From contig JBBQZX010000009.1 in the NCBI GenBank assembly GCA_038207335.1, positions 1-64,000 of the forward strand: 64,000 nt of DNA. Reading direction: 5' to 3'. Position 1 is the stretch's first letter, and each line of letters begins with the position of its first letter. The position numbers and the translations under genes were made by a program. Source of the stretch: Chthoniobacterales bacterium (GTDB lineage: Bacteria; Verrucomicrobiota; Verrucomicrobiia; Chthoniobacterales; Chthoniobacteraceae). The notes below the pieces were generated by a model, which ran no database searches, had not been told where the DNA came from, and worked only from the letters and a program-made list of their open reading frames with translations. Shown here in pieces: positions 30,579-40,496 of this stretch.

Positions 30579-31921
30579 GCGCGGCAGTTCTGGAAGCAGA
30601 CGTGATGGATCAAAACAACGCCGGGACGACCGGCAATCTCCTGAGTTCCGGCGCGCGCGCGGACGGTGCGCGCGACTGGTCGAGCGAACTTCGCGAGCAG
30701 GCGTGGGAACGTTTCGAGCAACTGCCCGCTCCCGTTCGGACTCAGGAGGAATGGCGTTTCGCGAATCTCAAAGACCTCGGCCTCGCGCAATATTCGCAGC
30801 CACTGCCGCTTGGCGATGCCGATGAACACAGCCTTCGCGAGCGTTCACACGGATTGGACAAAATCGCAGGGCGCATGATTTTCGCCAATGATCGGCTCAT
30901 CGCGCGCGACTGCATCGGTGAGTCGCTGCGGCAAAAAGGCGTGCTCTGGCTAACGATCGAGGAAGCCGCGAGCGCGCATCCCGACTTGTTTCGCAAACAC
31001 TTCATGCGCGAGGAAGCGGTGCTCGGCTCGCAGAAATTCGCGGCGCTTCATCAGTCGCAAGCGCGTGCCGGGACGTTCCTCCACGTGCCGCGCGGCGTCG
31101 AAATCGACTTACCCATTGAGGCGTTTCATTGGCTGCACGGCAGCGGTGGTTCGTGTTTCCCGCACACGCTCATCATCGCCGAGGAGATGAGCAAAGTGAC
31201 GTTCGTCGATTACTTCGAATCCGACGACGCGACTGCGACCGGACTCGCCTGCGGCGTGAACGATCTCTGGCTCGGTGCCGGTGCAAAAGTGACCTACGTC
31301 TGCGCGCAAAACTGGAGCCGCGAGGCGCTCGCATTTCAGATCAACTCGACTGTCGTCGGACGCGACGCGCACGCCATCGCGCTGAATGTGAACCTCGGCG
31401 GTTCGCACGCGCGCACCGAAAGCGTGAGCCATCTGCGCGGCCCCGGCGGACGCAGCGACATGCTCTCCGTCTCCGTTGCCGACCGGCGGCAGGAACTCGA
31501 TCAGCGCACGTTTCAAATCCACGAGGTGCCGAACACCGCGAGCGATTTGCTCTACAAAAACTCCCTCGACGACGAGTCGCGCACGATCTTCTCCGGCCTC
31601 ATCCGCGTGAACCCCGGCGCGCACAAAACCGACGCATACCAGAAAGTCCGCAACCTCCTCCTGAGCGACGAAGCCGAAGCCAATAGCGCACCCGGACTCG
31701 AGATCGAAGCTGACGACGTCCGCTGCACGCACGGCGCCACGAGCGGGCAGGTCGAGGAGGAAGAGCTGTTCTACCTCATGTCCCGCGGCATCTCGAAAAA
31801 GCAGGCGCAAAAACTCATCGTCCACGGCTTCCTGCAAGAAGCCATCGACCGCGTTGCCCACCCCGCCATCGCCGAAAAACTCGGCGAACTCGTCCACCAA
31901 AAATTCGACGCTGCACGCTGA
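30575..31921 (+). CDS. sufD: Fe-S cluster assembly protein SufD
   Basis: [32 protein letters not shown] overlap with sufB. Confidence 0.93.
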   Translation: MSAAVLEADVMDQNNAGTTGNLLSSGARADGARDWSSELREQAWERFEQLPAPVRTQEEWRFANLKDLGLAQYSQPLPLGDADEHSLRERSHGLDKIAGRMIFANDRLIARDCIGESLRQKGVLWLTIEEAASAHPDLFRKHFMREEAVLGSQKFAALHQSQARAGTFLHVPRGVEIDLPIEAFHWLHGSGGSCFPHTLIIAEEMSKVTFVDYFESDDATATGLACGVNDLWLGAGAKVTYVCAQNWSREALAFQINSTVVGRDAHAIALNVNLGGSHARTESVSHLRGPGGRSDMLSVSVADRRQELDQRTFQIHEVPNTASDLLYKNSLDDESRTIFSGLIRVNPGAHKTDAYQKVRNLLLSDEAEANSAPGLEIEADDVRCTHGATSGQVEEEELFYLMSRGISKKQAQKLIVHGFLQEAIDRVAHPAIAEKLGELVHQKFDAAR

Positions 31922-31987
31922 CCCTGTAACTCGCGAACGTAGCGAGAGCCGCAAAGCCAAAAGTCCGCGAAGTCGGGACGATTCCGT

Positions 31988-34900
31988 TTATGGCGCGAGA
32001 GTGGCGCGGAGGCGGATGAATTGGCGCGGGGCGCCAGGTGTGATAGGGGCGGCGGCGCGCCATTTTAAGGTGGCCAAGTCACCGGAGACACTGGTTTCAC
32101 CGAGGTAGAGGATGGCGGCGGGCGTGGCGTCCCAAGCGGTGAGATTTGTGGAAAGCTCGGCGGTGAGCGTTGCGTCGTCGGCGGCGAGTGCGACGGTGGC
32201 GCTGAAGGTGAGGAAGGGCTGCGGGCCCGCGCCGATGTCGAACATCTCCACCGCCGGAACGGGCAGGGAGCCGACGGCCGGGTCGGTGTCGCTGGCGCCG
32301 AAGACGTGCTCGAGCAGCGCGGGGATGCCGTCGCTGTCGATGTCGGCGAGCGGTGCGCCGGTGAAGGAGACGCGGTCGCTGATGCCGGGATTTCCGCCGA
32401 CGGTGGAGCTGCTGCGCCAGTTTGCGGCGCTGGCGGGGTCGGCCCCCGGCTCGCGAAGGACGAGGCTGCGGCCGGCGGTGTCGGGCGCGGTGGGCCACGG
32501 CGCTTTGTCGGCGTAGGTGAAGCGGAAGATGTCGCTGCCGTCGGCGGCGGTGAGCGCGATTTGCTCGCCGTAGTTGTCGAGCCCGCCGGTGTAGGCGCCG
32601 GCGACCGGGAGGCCGGAGCCGTATTTCGCAGTGAAGGCCTCGACATTTCTCACGACGAGGATGCGCGCGCCGGCGGCGAGCAGCGTGCCTTGCGGGAAGG
32701 TGAACGCGATGCCCGCGGTGAAATGGACGCCGGTGAGGTCGATGGTTCCGGCGGAGCGGTTCATCAACTCGATGAATTCATGATCCTCGGTGAGCAGCGG
32801 GTGGTAGTGCAGCTCGGAGATCGCGAGATTCAGCGCGCTCGCGGCGGTGCCGACGATGAAGGTCGCCTCGGTGAGCGCGCTCCACTCGGTGCCGTTTTTG
32901 GCGCGCGCTTTCACGGTGGCGGTCTGCGGAAGGGTGAAAGGCGCGGTGTATGGCGTGCCACGGGGGGTGCCGGTGTAGGCGGTGCGCGGGTCGGAGCCGT
33001 CGAGCGTGTAGTATATCGCCCCCGTCGGCGCGGACATCTCGAGCGCGTAGCTGGCGGGCACATTTCCCCCAAACTGCCCGAACTCCGGGGGCTCGGTGGC
33101 CGGGTAGAGGCTCTGCGCGCGCAGTTTCGCGATGGTCGAGATGCCGAGCGACGGGTTGTGCAGATTCGGGATGTGCGAGTTTTTCACCACGGCGACGCTC
33201 GGCAGCCAGTCGGCCTCGCGAGTGTAGGTACGGCCTGCGGGGACGGCGTTGCCGTACGCCGTTGAGTCCGGGACATCGCCCCAGCGCGCGCTCTCGGCCA
33301 CGATCGGGAGGTCGAGGATGTCGGCGAATGCCTGCCAGCGCGCCTGCTCGGCGGCGGTGCTGAGCGCGCCGCCATTGTCGAGATGCCGGTGCGCGCGGTC
33401 GGCGAAGAGGAGGCGGAATTCGGGGTTCACGCGGAGCTTTTGGTAGAGCCGCCCGGCGGTCTTGTCGGTCGTGGTGTTCGGCGCGCTGGGGGAGAGACGG
33501 TCGAGGTTCAGCGTCGGATCGAGGACGATCTCTTGGTCCCACACGAGGAATTGCCACTTGCTGCCCGCGACGTTGCGGTTGCGGATGGCGTATCCGTTGT
33601 GCTGCGGCCAATCCTCGGCGTCGCAGTGCGCGTGGAGCAGGTAGTAATCGACGAAATTCACGATATCGATCTGCGCGAGTGCGGACTCGTAGCCAGCCTG
33701 CGCGGTGAGGTCGGCGCTGTTGATGAATGTGAAGAGCGAATTCCACGCGGTGATCGTGCCGTCGGCGGCGTTCGTGAAATCGGCGATCACGTCCCAGTCC
33801 GCGGGCGCGCCGCCGAGATGATCGGCGCAGAAATTGTCATCGATGCGCTCGCTGACTTCGTACATGCCCCAGTAGAGGCCATTGATGTAGACGTGAATGT
33901 AGCGCCCGGCGGTCGCCAGCCAGCCCATCGCGGCGAAGCTTTTCCGCATCCACGGATCGCGAAAATAGACGCTGTCATCGGGCTTGTATCGCCCCGTGGC
34001 CCAGCTCGCCATGCCCCAGCCATCGGTGAAGAAATCGTGGAGGATGAGCTTGTCGAACGCGCTGAGGTTCGTGTCGCTGAAGAGCTTTTCGTTCAGCTTG
34101 CCGTCGCCATATTCGCTGCGAAAGGCCAGCGTGAAACTGTGCTTTTGCATGCGGAAGGGCGTGCGGCTTGAGTTGCCGTGGATTTTCAACCCGACGCCGG
34201 TGTGAAAGCCGCCGCCGCCCGGATTCAGCCACTCCATCGCGGTCGCGCGCTCCCATGCAGCGCCGCGGCTCAGCGGATTCGTGTAAATGCCGGTGCCGAT
34301 GCTGTGGAAATCCGCTGGATTCAGCGTGAGCGAGAGCGCGGGCAGTGCGTCGAGCGCCTCGACGATGCCGTGGCCGGCGACCGTGTTGTTCACGACGTTC
34401 GGGTCCATCTCATAATCGGCGGGCACCGTGCCGTTGCCGCCGTTGTTCGCGGCGACTTGGCTGTCCGTGCCCCATGTCGCGGGCCAGCCGGGCGGGTTCG
34501 CGGGCTGCGAGCCGACTTGAACATTGAAGATGTAGGTCTGCGTGTCGGTGTTCGTCGGAGCCAGCGGAGACGCGAAGGCTTTTGCGCGCAGCGCCGTCGT
34601 CGTTGCGATCGGGATGCCGGCGGGGCCTGGATAGGGCGTGCTGACGGTCGTCGGTTCGGAGCCGTCGGTGGTGTAGAAAATCGTTGCTCCGGGAGTCGTG
34701 GTCGTGATGTGGACGGCGAATGGCGCGTTGTAAAAGCCGCGTTTGAGATCGAACTGCGTGTCGGCGACAAAGCCCGGCGCCTGCGGGCCATTCGCGGCGC
34801 GCGGCGTCGGCGTCAGGTAAAAGCCGGGCGTCAGGGGCTCCACCGTGCCGGACAGGCCGTAGCTCACGTTTTTGCGCTGCGACGGCAGATTGCTGAAGCT

Positions 34901-36466
34901 CGTCACTGCCGTTGCGCCGCCCGGCTGATAGAGGCCGAGAAAAGCCCCCGCGCTGCTGCTCAGCGCGAAATTCGTGTGGAGCGCCGCCGGGTTTGACGTG
35001 CGGTTTTTCCCCGAGGCCCAGACGAGGAGCCGCGCCTGCGCGGCGAGCGTGATACCCGCGGGAAAGGTCCACTTCGTGTGTTTCGTGGCGTTGTCCGTGA
35101 GATGCCAACCCGAGAGGTCCAGCGTGGACGTCGTCGTGTTCCAAATCTCGATCCAGTCGTTCGTCTCGCCGTCCTCGTCCGCGACGCCGCCCGAATTGTC
35201 CGCGAGGAATTCGCTCAGGATTGGATGCCCGAGATCCACCACCGGCTCGGCCGCAAGCGTCGAGAGCCGGAGCGCGTCGATGAAAACCGCCGGCGCATTC
35301 GCCACAACGCGGCCGCTGATGACCATCTGCCCGCTGGCGCTCGCGGTGAAGGCGCCCGCCATTTTGTAGTCGTCATTCGTCGCCGGGAGATTTGCGCCGT
35401 TGAAGCCGTAGTCATCCCACAAAAACGCTCCATTCACCGTCCAGTCGCTCGTGCGCACGCTGCCGCTGCTGCTCGGATCGTAGCTCCACAGCTCCACGAG
35501 ATACGTGGCATTTGGCGTCAGCCCGCTCACCGTCACGTCGAGCCCCGTGCCCGCCGCGGCGCCATTGGCAAAGATGAAATCGCGGAGCAGTTGCGACTCC
35601 GTGAACGCGCCATTGCTCCCCGGCACGCCGAGCCGCTCCCGGTCGTCCACGGTCCCGCCGCTGCCCGCGAGCGTCACCGAGAGCGGGCCAAAAGCGCGCG
35701 TCGCGGTCGTCTGCGTGGCCGTAGTGCCATCGAGGAGGAATTCGCTGAACCCTGCCGCCGTGTAACTCGCGCCGGGGAAACTGCGGTCGTTGAAATCCAG
35801 CGCAAGCACCGGCGTCGCCTGCACCACCGGAGCCGCGAGCTCATCCATGGTGAAGCCATTCAAAAAAACCTGCGCCGTCGTCCCTGCCGCCGCCGGTCGC
35901 CCGCGCAGCGTGAGCCGGCCCGCGGCATCGGCGAGCGCGTTCACGGTGAAGCGGTTCGCCGTGTCCGAGGCCGGCAGCGTCGCGCCGTCGAACGTGTAAT
36001 TATTCGCGGCGAATCGCGGCCCGCCGAGGCCGAGCACCGACCAGTCGCTCGTCCGCGCGCCCGTGCTTCCGCTGTCAAAACTCCACACCGTGAGCGCGTA
36101 TTGCCGCCCCGGCGTCAGCCCCGCGATCACTGCGTCGAGGCCCACGCGATAGAAGTTCGTCGTGCTGTCCCCCGCCGCGAAGATGCAGTCGCGAAACAGC
36201 GGTGCCAGCGTGAGCGCGCCCCCATCCGCGGGCGTCGCTCGGCGCACATCGTCGAGCGCCGCGCCCGAGGCCGGATTCACATCCACGGTGAAAGGCGGCA
36301 CCGCCAGCGTGTCATCCGTGAGCAGATAGCGCGATTGCCCCGCCGCCGTGTCGTCGGGAAAATCCACCGCGTCATTCACATCCACGCGCAGCACGACGGC
36401 GGCATGCGCCATCGAGGCAGCGAGCAGAAGCGCAAGCGCGGGAGCAAGTGGGGAGCGGGCGGGCAT
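31988..36466 (-). CDS. Secreted CotH-kinase / lamin-tail-domain / Fn3-associated multidomain protein (about 1492 aa)
   Basis: Start MPARSPLAPALALLLAASMAHA at 36466; LTD (ILSEFLADN..DWIEIWN; ISELHYHP..EFIEL), IFYTTDGSEP, CotH motifs YINGLYWGMY, EDWPQHN, WDQE. Confidence 0.88.
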   Translation of the reverse strand: MPARSPLAPALALLLAASMAHAAVVLRVDVNDAVDFPDDTAAGQSRYLLTDDTLAVPPFTVDVNPASGAALDDVRRATPADGGALTLAPLFRDCIFAAGDSTTNFYRVGLDAVIAGLTPGRQYALTVWSFDSGSTGARTSDWSVLGLGGPRFAANNYTFDGATLPASDTANRFTVNALADAAGRLTLRGRPAAAGTTAQVFLNGFTMDELAAPVVQATPVLALDFNDRSFPGASYTAAGFSEFLLDGTTATQTTATRAFGPLSVTLAGSGGTVDDRERLGVPGSNGAFTESQLLRDFIFANGAAAGTGLDVTVSGLTPNATYLVELWSYDPSSSGSVRTSDWTVNGAFLWDDYGFNGANLPATNDDYKMAGAFTASASGQMVISGRVVANAPAVFIDALRLSTLAAEPVVDLGHPILSEFLADNSGGVADEDGETNDWIEIWNTTTSTLDLSGWHLTDNATKHTKWTFPAGITLAAQARLLVWASGKNRTSNPAALHTNFALSSSAGAFLGLYQPGGATAVTSFSNLPSQRKNVSYGLSGTVEPLTPGFYLTPTPRAANGPQAPGFVADTQFDLKRGFYNAPFAVHITTTTPGATIFYTTDGSEPTTVSTPYPGPAGIPIATTTALRAKAFASPLAPTNTDTQTYIFNVQVGSQPANPPGWPATWGTDSQVAANNGGNGTVPADYEMDPNVVNNTVAGHGIVEALDALPALSLTLNPADFHSIGTGIYTNPLSRGAAWERATAMEWLNPGGGGFHTGVGLKIHGNSSRTPFRMQKHSFTLAFRSEYGDGKLNEKLFSDTNLSAFDKLILHDFFTDGWGMASWATGRYKPDDSVYFRDPWMRKSFAAMGWLATAGRYIHVYINGLYWGMYEVSERIDDNFCADHLGGAPADWDVIADFTNAADGTITAWNSLFTFINSADLTAQAGYESALAQIDIVNFVDYYLLHAHCDAEDWPQHNGYAIRNRNVAGSKWQFLVWDQEIVLDPTLNLDRLSPSAPNTTTDKTAGRLYQKLRVNPEFRLLFADRAHRHLDNGGALSTAAEQARWQAFADILDLPIVAESARWGDVPDSTAYGNAVPAGRTYTREADWLPSVAVVKNSHIPNLHNPSLGISTIAKLRAQSLYPATEPPEFGQFGGNVPASYALEMSAPTGAIYYTLDGSDPRTAYTGTPRGTPYTAPFTLPQTATVKARAKNGTEWSALTEATFIVGTAASALNLAISELHYHPLLTEDHEFIELMNRSAGTIDLTGVHFTAGIAFTFPQGTLLAAGARILVVRNVEAFTAKYGSGLPVAGAYTGGLDNYGEQIALTAADGSDIFRFTYADKAPWPTAPDTAGRSLVLREPGADPASAANWRSSSTVGGNPGISDRVSFTGAPLADIDSDGIPALLEHVFGASDTDPAVGSLPVPAVEMFDIGAGPQPFLTFSATVALAADDATLTAELSTNLTAWDATPAAILYLGETSVSGDLATLKWRAAAPITPGAPRQFIRLRATLAP

Positions 36467-36904
36467 CGGGAGGGGGCTCGGATAATGTCTCGCCCCAGAC
36501 CGCCCCTCGCGCCACGCAAAAGAATAAGACCTTTCTGGAAAACGCGCCGTTGAAATTTGCCTCTTGGAATGACGTTCCTTCCAAACGCCTCTGGCAACCC
36601 AACTGGGGGGAAATACTTCTTGCCCGCGGCTCACCGGGAGAGTCTGCTCCCGCCCGTGCGCGGAGGAAAACGAATCGCGGAGATACCCGGCGCGCCTTCC
36701 GAAGGATTTTTTCCCGTTTGCGTCGGCATATCCCTCGTCCGCAGCTCCCGAGGACGCTCTTTTGACGAAATTTGCCCACTTTTCGCCTCCGGCAAACCCT
36801 CCCTCTCTGTAACCCACCACTGCAAAAACAAAACCACACTCTGTCGCAAGCTCGCGCCGGGATTGCGGCCTGTGGCTGAACTGCCGCCGCACGCCGCATT
36901 TTTC

Positions 36905-37774
36905 ATGACTCCGCTCTCCAAAAGATCCACGACGCCGGGCGATCCGTTTTTTCGCGGGTGGGCGAAGCCGGGGGTGGTACCGCCGGGAGTGGATTGGGCG
37001 GCGGAGCGACTCGCGGGGGAGGGGGAGACGTTGGATGCGATCAGCGGGCACTTTCGGCTGTTTCAGCTCCGCGACGGGCACCGGTTTTCGACGGACGATG
37101 TGCTGACGGCTTGGTATGGGACGGCTTGGTGCCCGAGTGCGCGGACGGTGCTCGATCTCGGGAGCGGGATCGGGTCGGTCGGGATGGTGGCGGCGTGGCG
37201 GTTGCCGGGGGCGCGTTTCGTCACGATCGAAGCGCAGCCGGAAAGTGTGCGGCTGGCGCGGAAGTCCCGCGCGTACAATGGTCTGGAGGATCGGTATGAA
37301 ATCCGAGAGGGGGATTTTCGCGATCCGGCGCTGCTCGGGGTTGATGAGAAGTTCGATCTCGTGCTCGGCAGCCCGCCCTACTTTCCGCTCGGCAGCGGCG
37401 TCGAAAGCGAGCACCCGCAAAAGCTCGCGTGCCGCTTCGAACTGCGCGGCGACATAGCGGACTACTGCGCCACGGCATCCGCGCATCTTGCGCTCGGCGG
37501 TTGGTTCTCGTGCGTCTTCCCCACCGAGCAACTCGACCGCGTCGCGACCTCTGCACGCGCGACTGGACTCGCCATTGTCCGTCGGCGTCCCGTCGTCCTG
37601 CGCGAAGACGAGTCGCCGCTGCTAACGCTTTTCGCGATGGTGCGCGCGGATCATCTGCCAGAGCCGATCCGCAGCCAGACGCGGGTCGAGCCCGCGCTCA
37701 CGATCCGCCAGCGCGACGGGCAAGTGCACCCCGAGTATTCCGCCGTGAAACTCTCCTTTGGCTTTCCCCCCTGA
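36905..37774 (+). CDS. SAM-dependent methyltransferase, TrmN6/YfiC-like
   Basis: GHRFSTDD, VLDLGSGIG and GSPPYF motifs. Confidence 0.8.
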   Translation: MTPLSKRSTTPGDPFFRGWAKPGVVPPGVDWAAERLAGEGETLDAISGHFRLFQLRDGHRFSTDDVLTAWYGTAWCPSARTVLDLGSGIGSVGMVAAWRLPGARFVTIEAQPESVRLARKSRAYNGLEDRYEIREGDFRDPALLGVDEKFDLVLGSPPYFPLGSGVESEHPQKLACRFELRGDIADYCATASAHLALGGWFSCVFPTEQLDRVATSARATGLAIVRRRPVVLREDESPLLTLFAMVRADHLPEPIRSQTRVEPALTIRQRDGQVHPEYSAVKLSFGFPP

Positions 37775-37798
37775 GAGATCCGGTCAACGGCCCAAGAG

Positions 37799-37821
37799 TG
37801 GCGGAGTCTGCGGGACTCGAA
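37799..37821 (-). repeat. Duplicated tRNA-Asp 3' end (att-like direct repeat)
   Basis: tggcggagtctgcgggactcgaa versus tggcggagtctacgggactcgaa at 40251-40273 (22/23 identical). Confidence 0.88.
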
Positions 37822-38079
37822 TTCGCCGTAAGGTTACCACGGCGTTGCGCACGCCCCTTCCATTAGGCAGCGGTCGGCGAGGGCTTTGAGAAAAGGTGAC
37901 GTTGCCCAAGTCGAGGAAGAGCCGTTGCAGAGCAGCGCCAGCGTGCCATCACGCACCGCTTTCACTACACGGACTTCGAGCAAGGCTTTGCGGCCATGAA
38001 ATCCGGCGCCTGCGACAATATGATCTCGGAATGGGCGTGACATTCCGCCGCGCTGCTCGCTCGAATCCATCTCCTTTTT

Positions 38080-39333
38080 ATGAATCCCACTCGGTTCCTA
38101 CTTCTATCCATGGCTGCAGCCTTGACCGCCCGCGCCGATTTACGAGTGCCGGCGTTCACCGCCTATCTCGAACCAAATCCGAATGGTGCGTCCGTTTCGG
38201 AAAAGGCGGGTATTACGGAATGGCACGATCCGGCTTTGAAAGTCTGTTGGTTTGGAGAAGTCAAAACTCCGGGCCAACTTGACTGCGCCCTCACCCTGCG
38301 CCTGCCGGCGAACGGAGTTTCCAAGTTGCGACTGACCCTCGCCGGTCAGTCGCACGAAGCGACTGCGAAAGGCGAGGGCGACAGCGCAGTCACCGTGAAG
38401 TTCGGCTCGTTCGACATTGCAAAGCCCGGTTATCAAAAGTTCGCGCTGGAGTCGCTCAATCCAGCGGGTAAGGCCGCTGGCGATCTCGAGGCACTCATTT
38501 TGGACGGCCCGGCGATCAAGGACGCGGAGTTCAATCTCAAACCGCGCCGCAACGCCGCGTCCGTGCATCTGAATTACCCGAAGCCGAAAGACGCTAATAT
38601 TGCCGCCTTCTCCTGCGAGGTCACCGCCGTCGAAGATCCCGTTGCGACTTACTACATGGCGACCGGCTGGGATCGCGGCTACTTCGGCATGCAGGTGAAT
38701 AGCGCTACGGAGCGACGAATCATCTTCAGCGTGTGGGACGCCGGCGGAGAGGCCAAGGATCGCGGTAAAGTCGCCGCTGAAGATCGCACGACGCTGCTCG
38801 GGAAGGGCGAAGGGGTGGTCACGGGTGATTTTGGCAACGAAGGCACCGGCGGACACAGTCATCTCGTCTATCCGTGGAAGACTGGTGAACCGCAGCGTTT
38901 CATCACCACCGCGCAACCCGTGGACGCGACACATACGATGTACTCGGGATACTATTTTCACCCGGAGAAAAAGCGGTGGATGCTCATCTCGAGTTGGAAG
39001 GCTCCGCAGACCGGGACTTGGTTGCGCGGCTTATATTCCTTCAGCGAGAATTTCAACGGCAGCAACGGGCACCTTCAGCGCAAGGCGCTCTACGGCAATC
39101 AATGGCTGCGCACCGATGGCGGGAAGTGGATCGAGCAGACGACCGCCAGCTTCAGTCACGATTCCACCGGCAAGGCGGATCGTCTCGATCGCTTCATGGG
39201 CGTGGAGCGCGGAGCATTCTTTCTTTCGAATGGCGGGTTCATTGCCGGTTCGAGCAAATTTGGCGAGACGTTCGCCCGACCCGCGACGGGCCATCCACCG
39301 GAGATCGAGTTGCCTGCTCCGCCCACGCCCTGA
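38080..39333 (+). CDS. Secreted DUF5077/DUF3472 domain protein
   Basis: Signal peptide; RRNAASVHL, GYFGMQVNS, RRIIFSVWD, FGNEGTGGHS and YSFSENF motifs. Confidence 0.8.
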   Translation: MNPTRFLLLSMAAALTARADLRVPAFTAYLEPNPNGASVSEKAGITEWHDPALKVCWFGEVKTPGQLDCALTLRLPANGVSKLRLTLAGQSHEATAKGEGDSAVTVKFGSFDIAKPGYQKFALESLNPAGKAAGDLEALILDGPAIKDAEFNLKPRRNAASVHLNYPKPKDANIAAFSCEVTAVEDPVATYYMATGWDRGYFGMQVNSATERRIIFSVWDAGGEAKDRGKVAAEDRTTLLGKGEGVVTGDFGNEGTGGHSHLVYPWKTGEPQRFITTAQPVDATHTMYSGYYFHPEKKRWMLISSWKAPQTGTWLRGLYSFSENFNGSNGHLQRKALYGNQWLRTDGGKWIEQTTASFSHDSTGKADRLDRFMGVERGAFFLSNGGFIAGSSKFGETFARPATGHPPEIELPAPPTP

Positions 39334-39343
39334 ACGCGCGCCC

Positions 39344-39979
39344 GTGAATCTCCCGTCACCGCTCTTCCTCGACCACCTCGGTATTGCAGTGGGTGCGATG
39401 TCGGGCGTCCTCGCCGCGCGCGGCAAGCAAATCGATCTATTCGGCGTGCTCGTTCTCGCCGTCGTCACCGCGTTTGGCGGCGCGACCGTGCGCGATGTAC
39501 TCGTCGGCGATCTGCCGGTGGTCTGGCTGCGCGGTCCGTGGTTGCTCACGAATGCCGTAATTGTCGGCCTGCTCACGTTCGTCATCGCCCGCCGGCTGGA
39601 ACCGCCACGTCGTGTCTTCCTCGTCGTCGATGCCTTGGTGCTCGCCGCCTTCGCCATGATCGGCACTCGCAAAGGTTTGCAACACGGCTTCTCCGCGCCG
39701 GTCTGCATGCTGCTCGGTGTCATCACCGGCATCGCCGGTGGCATCCTGCGCGACGTGCTCATGCGTGAAGTGCCGACGGTTTTTCGCAAAGAGATTCATC
39801 TCTACGCCACCGCCGCACTGATCGGCTCCGCCCTGTGCGTCGCCCTACGTCTCTTCGGCGTGTCGGAGATAATCGCCCTTCTCGCGGGCGGAGCAGCAGT
39901 GCTGCTGCTTCGGCTTGCCGGCATCTGCTGGAAACTCTCCCTGCCACTTTTCGAAACGCGCCAGCATTCCCCGCCATGA
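39344..39979 (+). CDS. Trimeric intracellular cation channel / UPF0126 (YadS-like) membrane protein
   Basis: DLFGVLVLAVVTAFGGATVRD and GIAGGILRDVL duplicated motifs; GTG 39344. Confidence 0.88.
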   Translation: MNLPSPLFLDHLGIAVGAMSGVLAARGKQIDLFGVLVLAVVTAFGGATVRDVLVGDLPVVWLRGPWLLTNAVIVGLLTFVIARRLEPPRRVFLVVDALVLAAFAMIGTRKGLQHGFSAPVCMLLGVITGIAGGILRDVLMREVPTVFRKEIHLYATAALIGSALCVALRLFGVSEIIALLAGGAAVLLLRLAGICWKLSLPLFETRQHSPP

Positions 39980-40140
39980 CCGCCACTTTCGGAGACCAGC
40001 TTACTCAACAGCTCGTCGAGATCCGCGCTGCCGGTCGCTACAAAGCAAGCGTATCATCTGCATGCCGCAGAATACCTTCGTCCGCCTCGCCGACGGACCA
40101 ATGGTGTTGAACTTGTGCGCGAACAATTACCTCGGCATCG
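39976..40140 (+). pseudogene. kbl: Frameshifted 5' remnant of glycine C-acetyltransferase (2-amino-3-ketobutyrate CoA ligase)
   Basis: MTATFGDQLTQQLVEIRAAGRYK, a frameshift, then KRIICMPQNTFVRLADGPMVLNLCANNYLG, matching the Kbl N-terminus; similarity then stops. Confidence 0.8.
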
Positions 40141-40250
40141 AAGAGACCAATCTCGAGCTCGACGCAGTGGCAGCGGAATCAAACCTTAAGTCATCCCACC
40201 ACCGGTGTCGGTCACGCCGTTTTAACCTGCTGTTTATCGGCAGTTTAGAA

Positions 40251-40327
40251 TGGCGGAGTCTACGGGACTCGAACCCGCAACCTCTGCCGTGACAGGGCAG
40301 CGCTCTAACCAATTGAGCTAAGACTCC
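40251..40327 (-). tRNA. tRNA-Asp (GTC)
   Basis: Reverse complement GGAGTCTTAGCTCAATTGGTTAGAGCGCTGCCCTGTCACGGCAGAGGTTGCGGGTTCGAGTCCCGTAGACTCCGCCA; cloverleaf with encoded CCA. Confidence 0.97.
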
Positions 40328-40496
40328 TCGAAAGGAGCGGGGACGGTAGATTCGCGCCGGATGCGGAGCAAGATTTTTTCTCGGAAAATCCGCGACGGCG
40401 TCCCGAGTTGAGAACCGAGGATTTCCCGGATGCGAATGCTGAAAACCGCGTCATCGGCGAAATCCGCGGTTTAATTCCGAGAGTCGCGATGTGCGC

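Larger units (their letters stand above)
37799..40273. mobile_element. Integrase-less genomic islet integrated at tRNA-Asp
   Basis: Flanking att-like direct repeats; cargo of two genes plus a truncated pseudogene. Confidence 0.7.

Noticed and set aside
36700..36790. c-di-GMP-I riboswitch in the CotH leader (GGCAAA...GACGCAAA on the minus strand)
   Set aside because: Spacing is too long and no P2 stem follows.
36467..37531. N-terminal extension of the 1847-aa CotH ORF
   Set aside because: Antisense to the methyltransferase gene and the intergenic region; the signal peptide begins at 36466.
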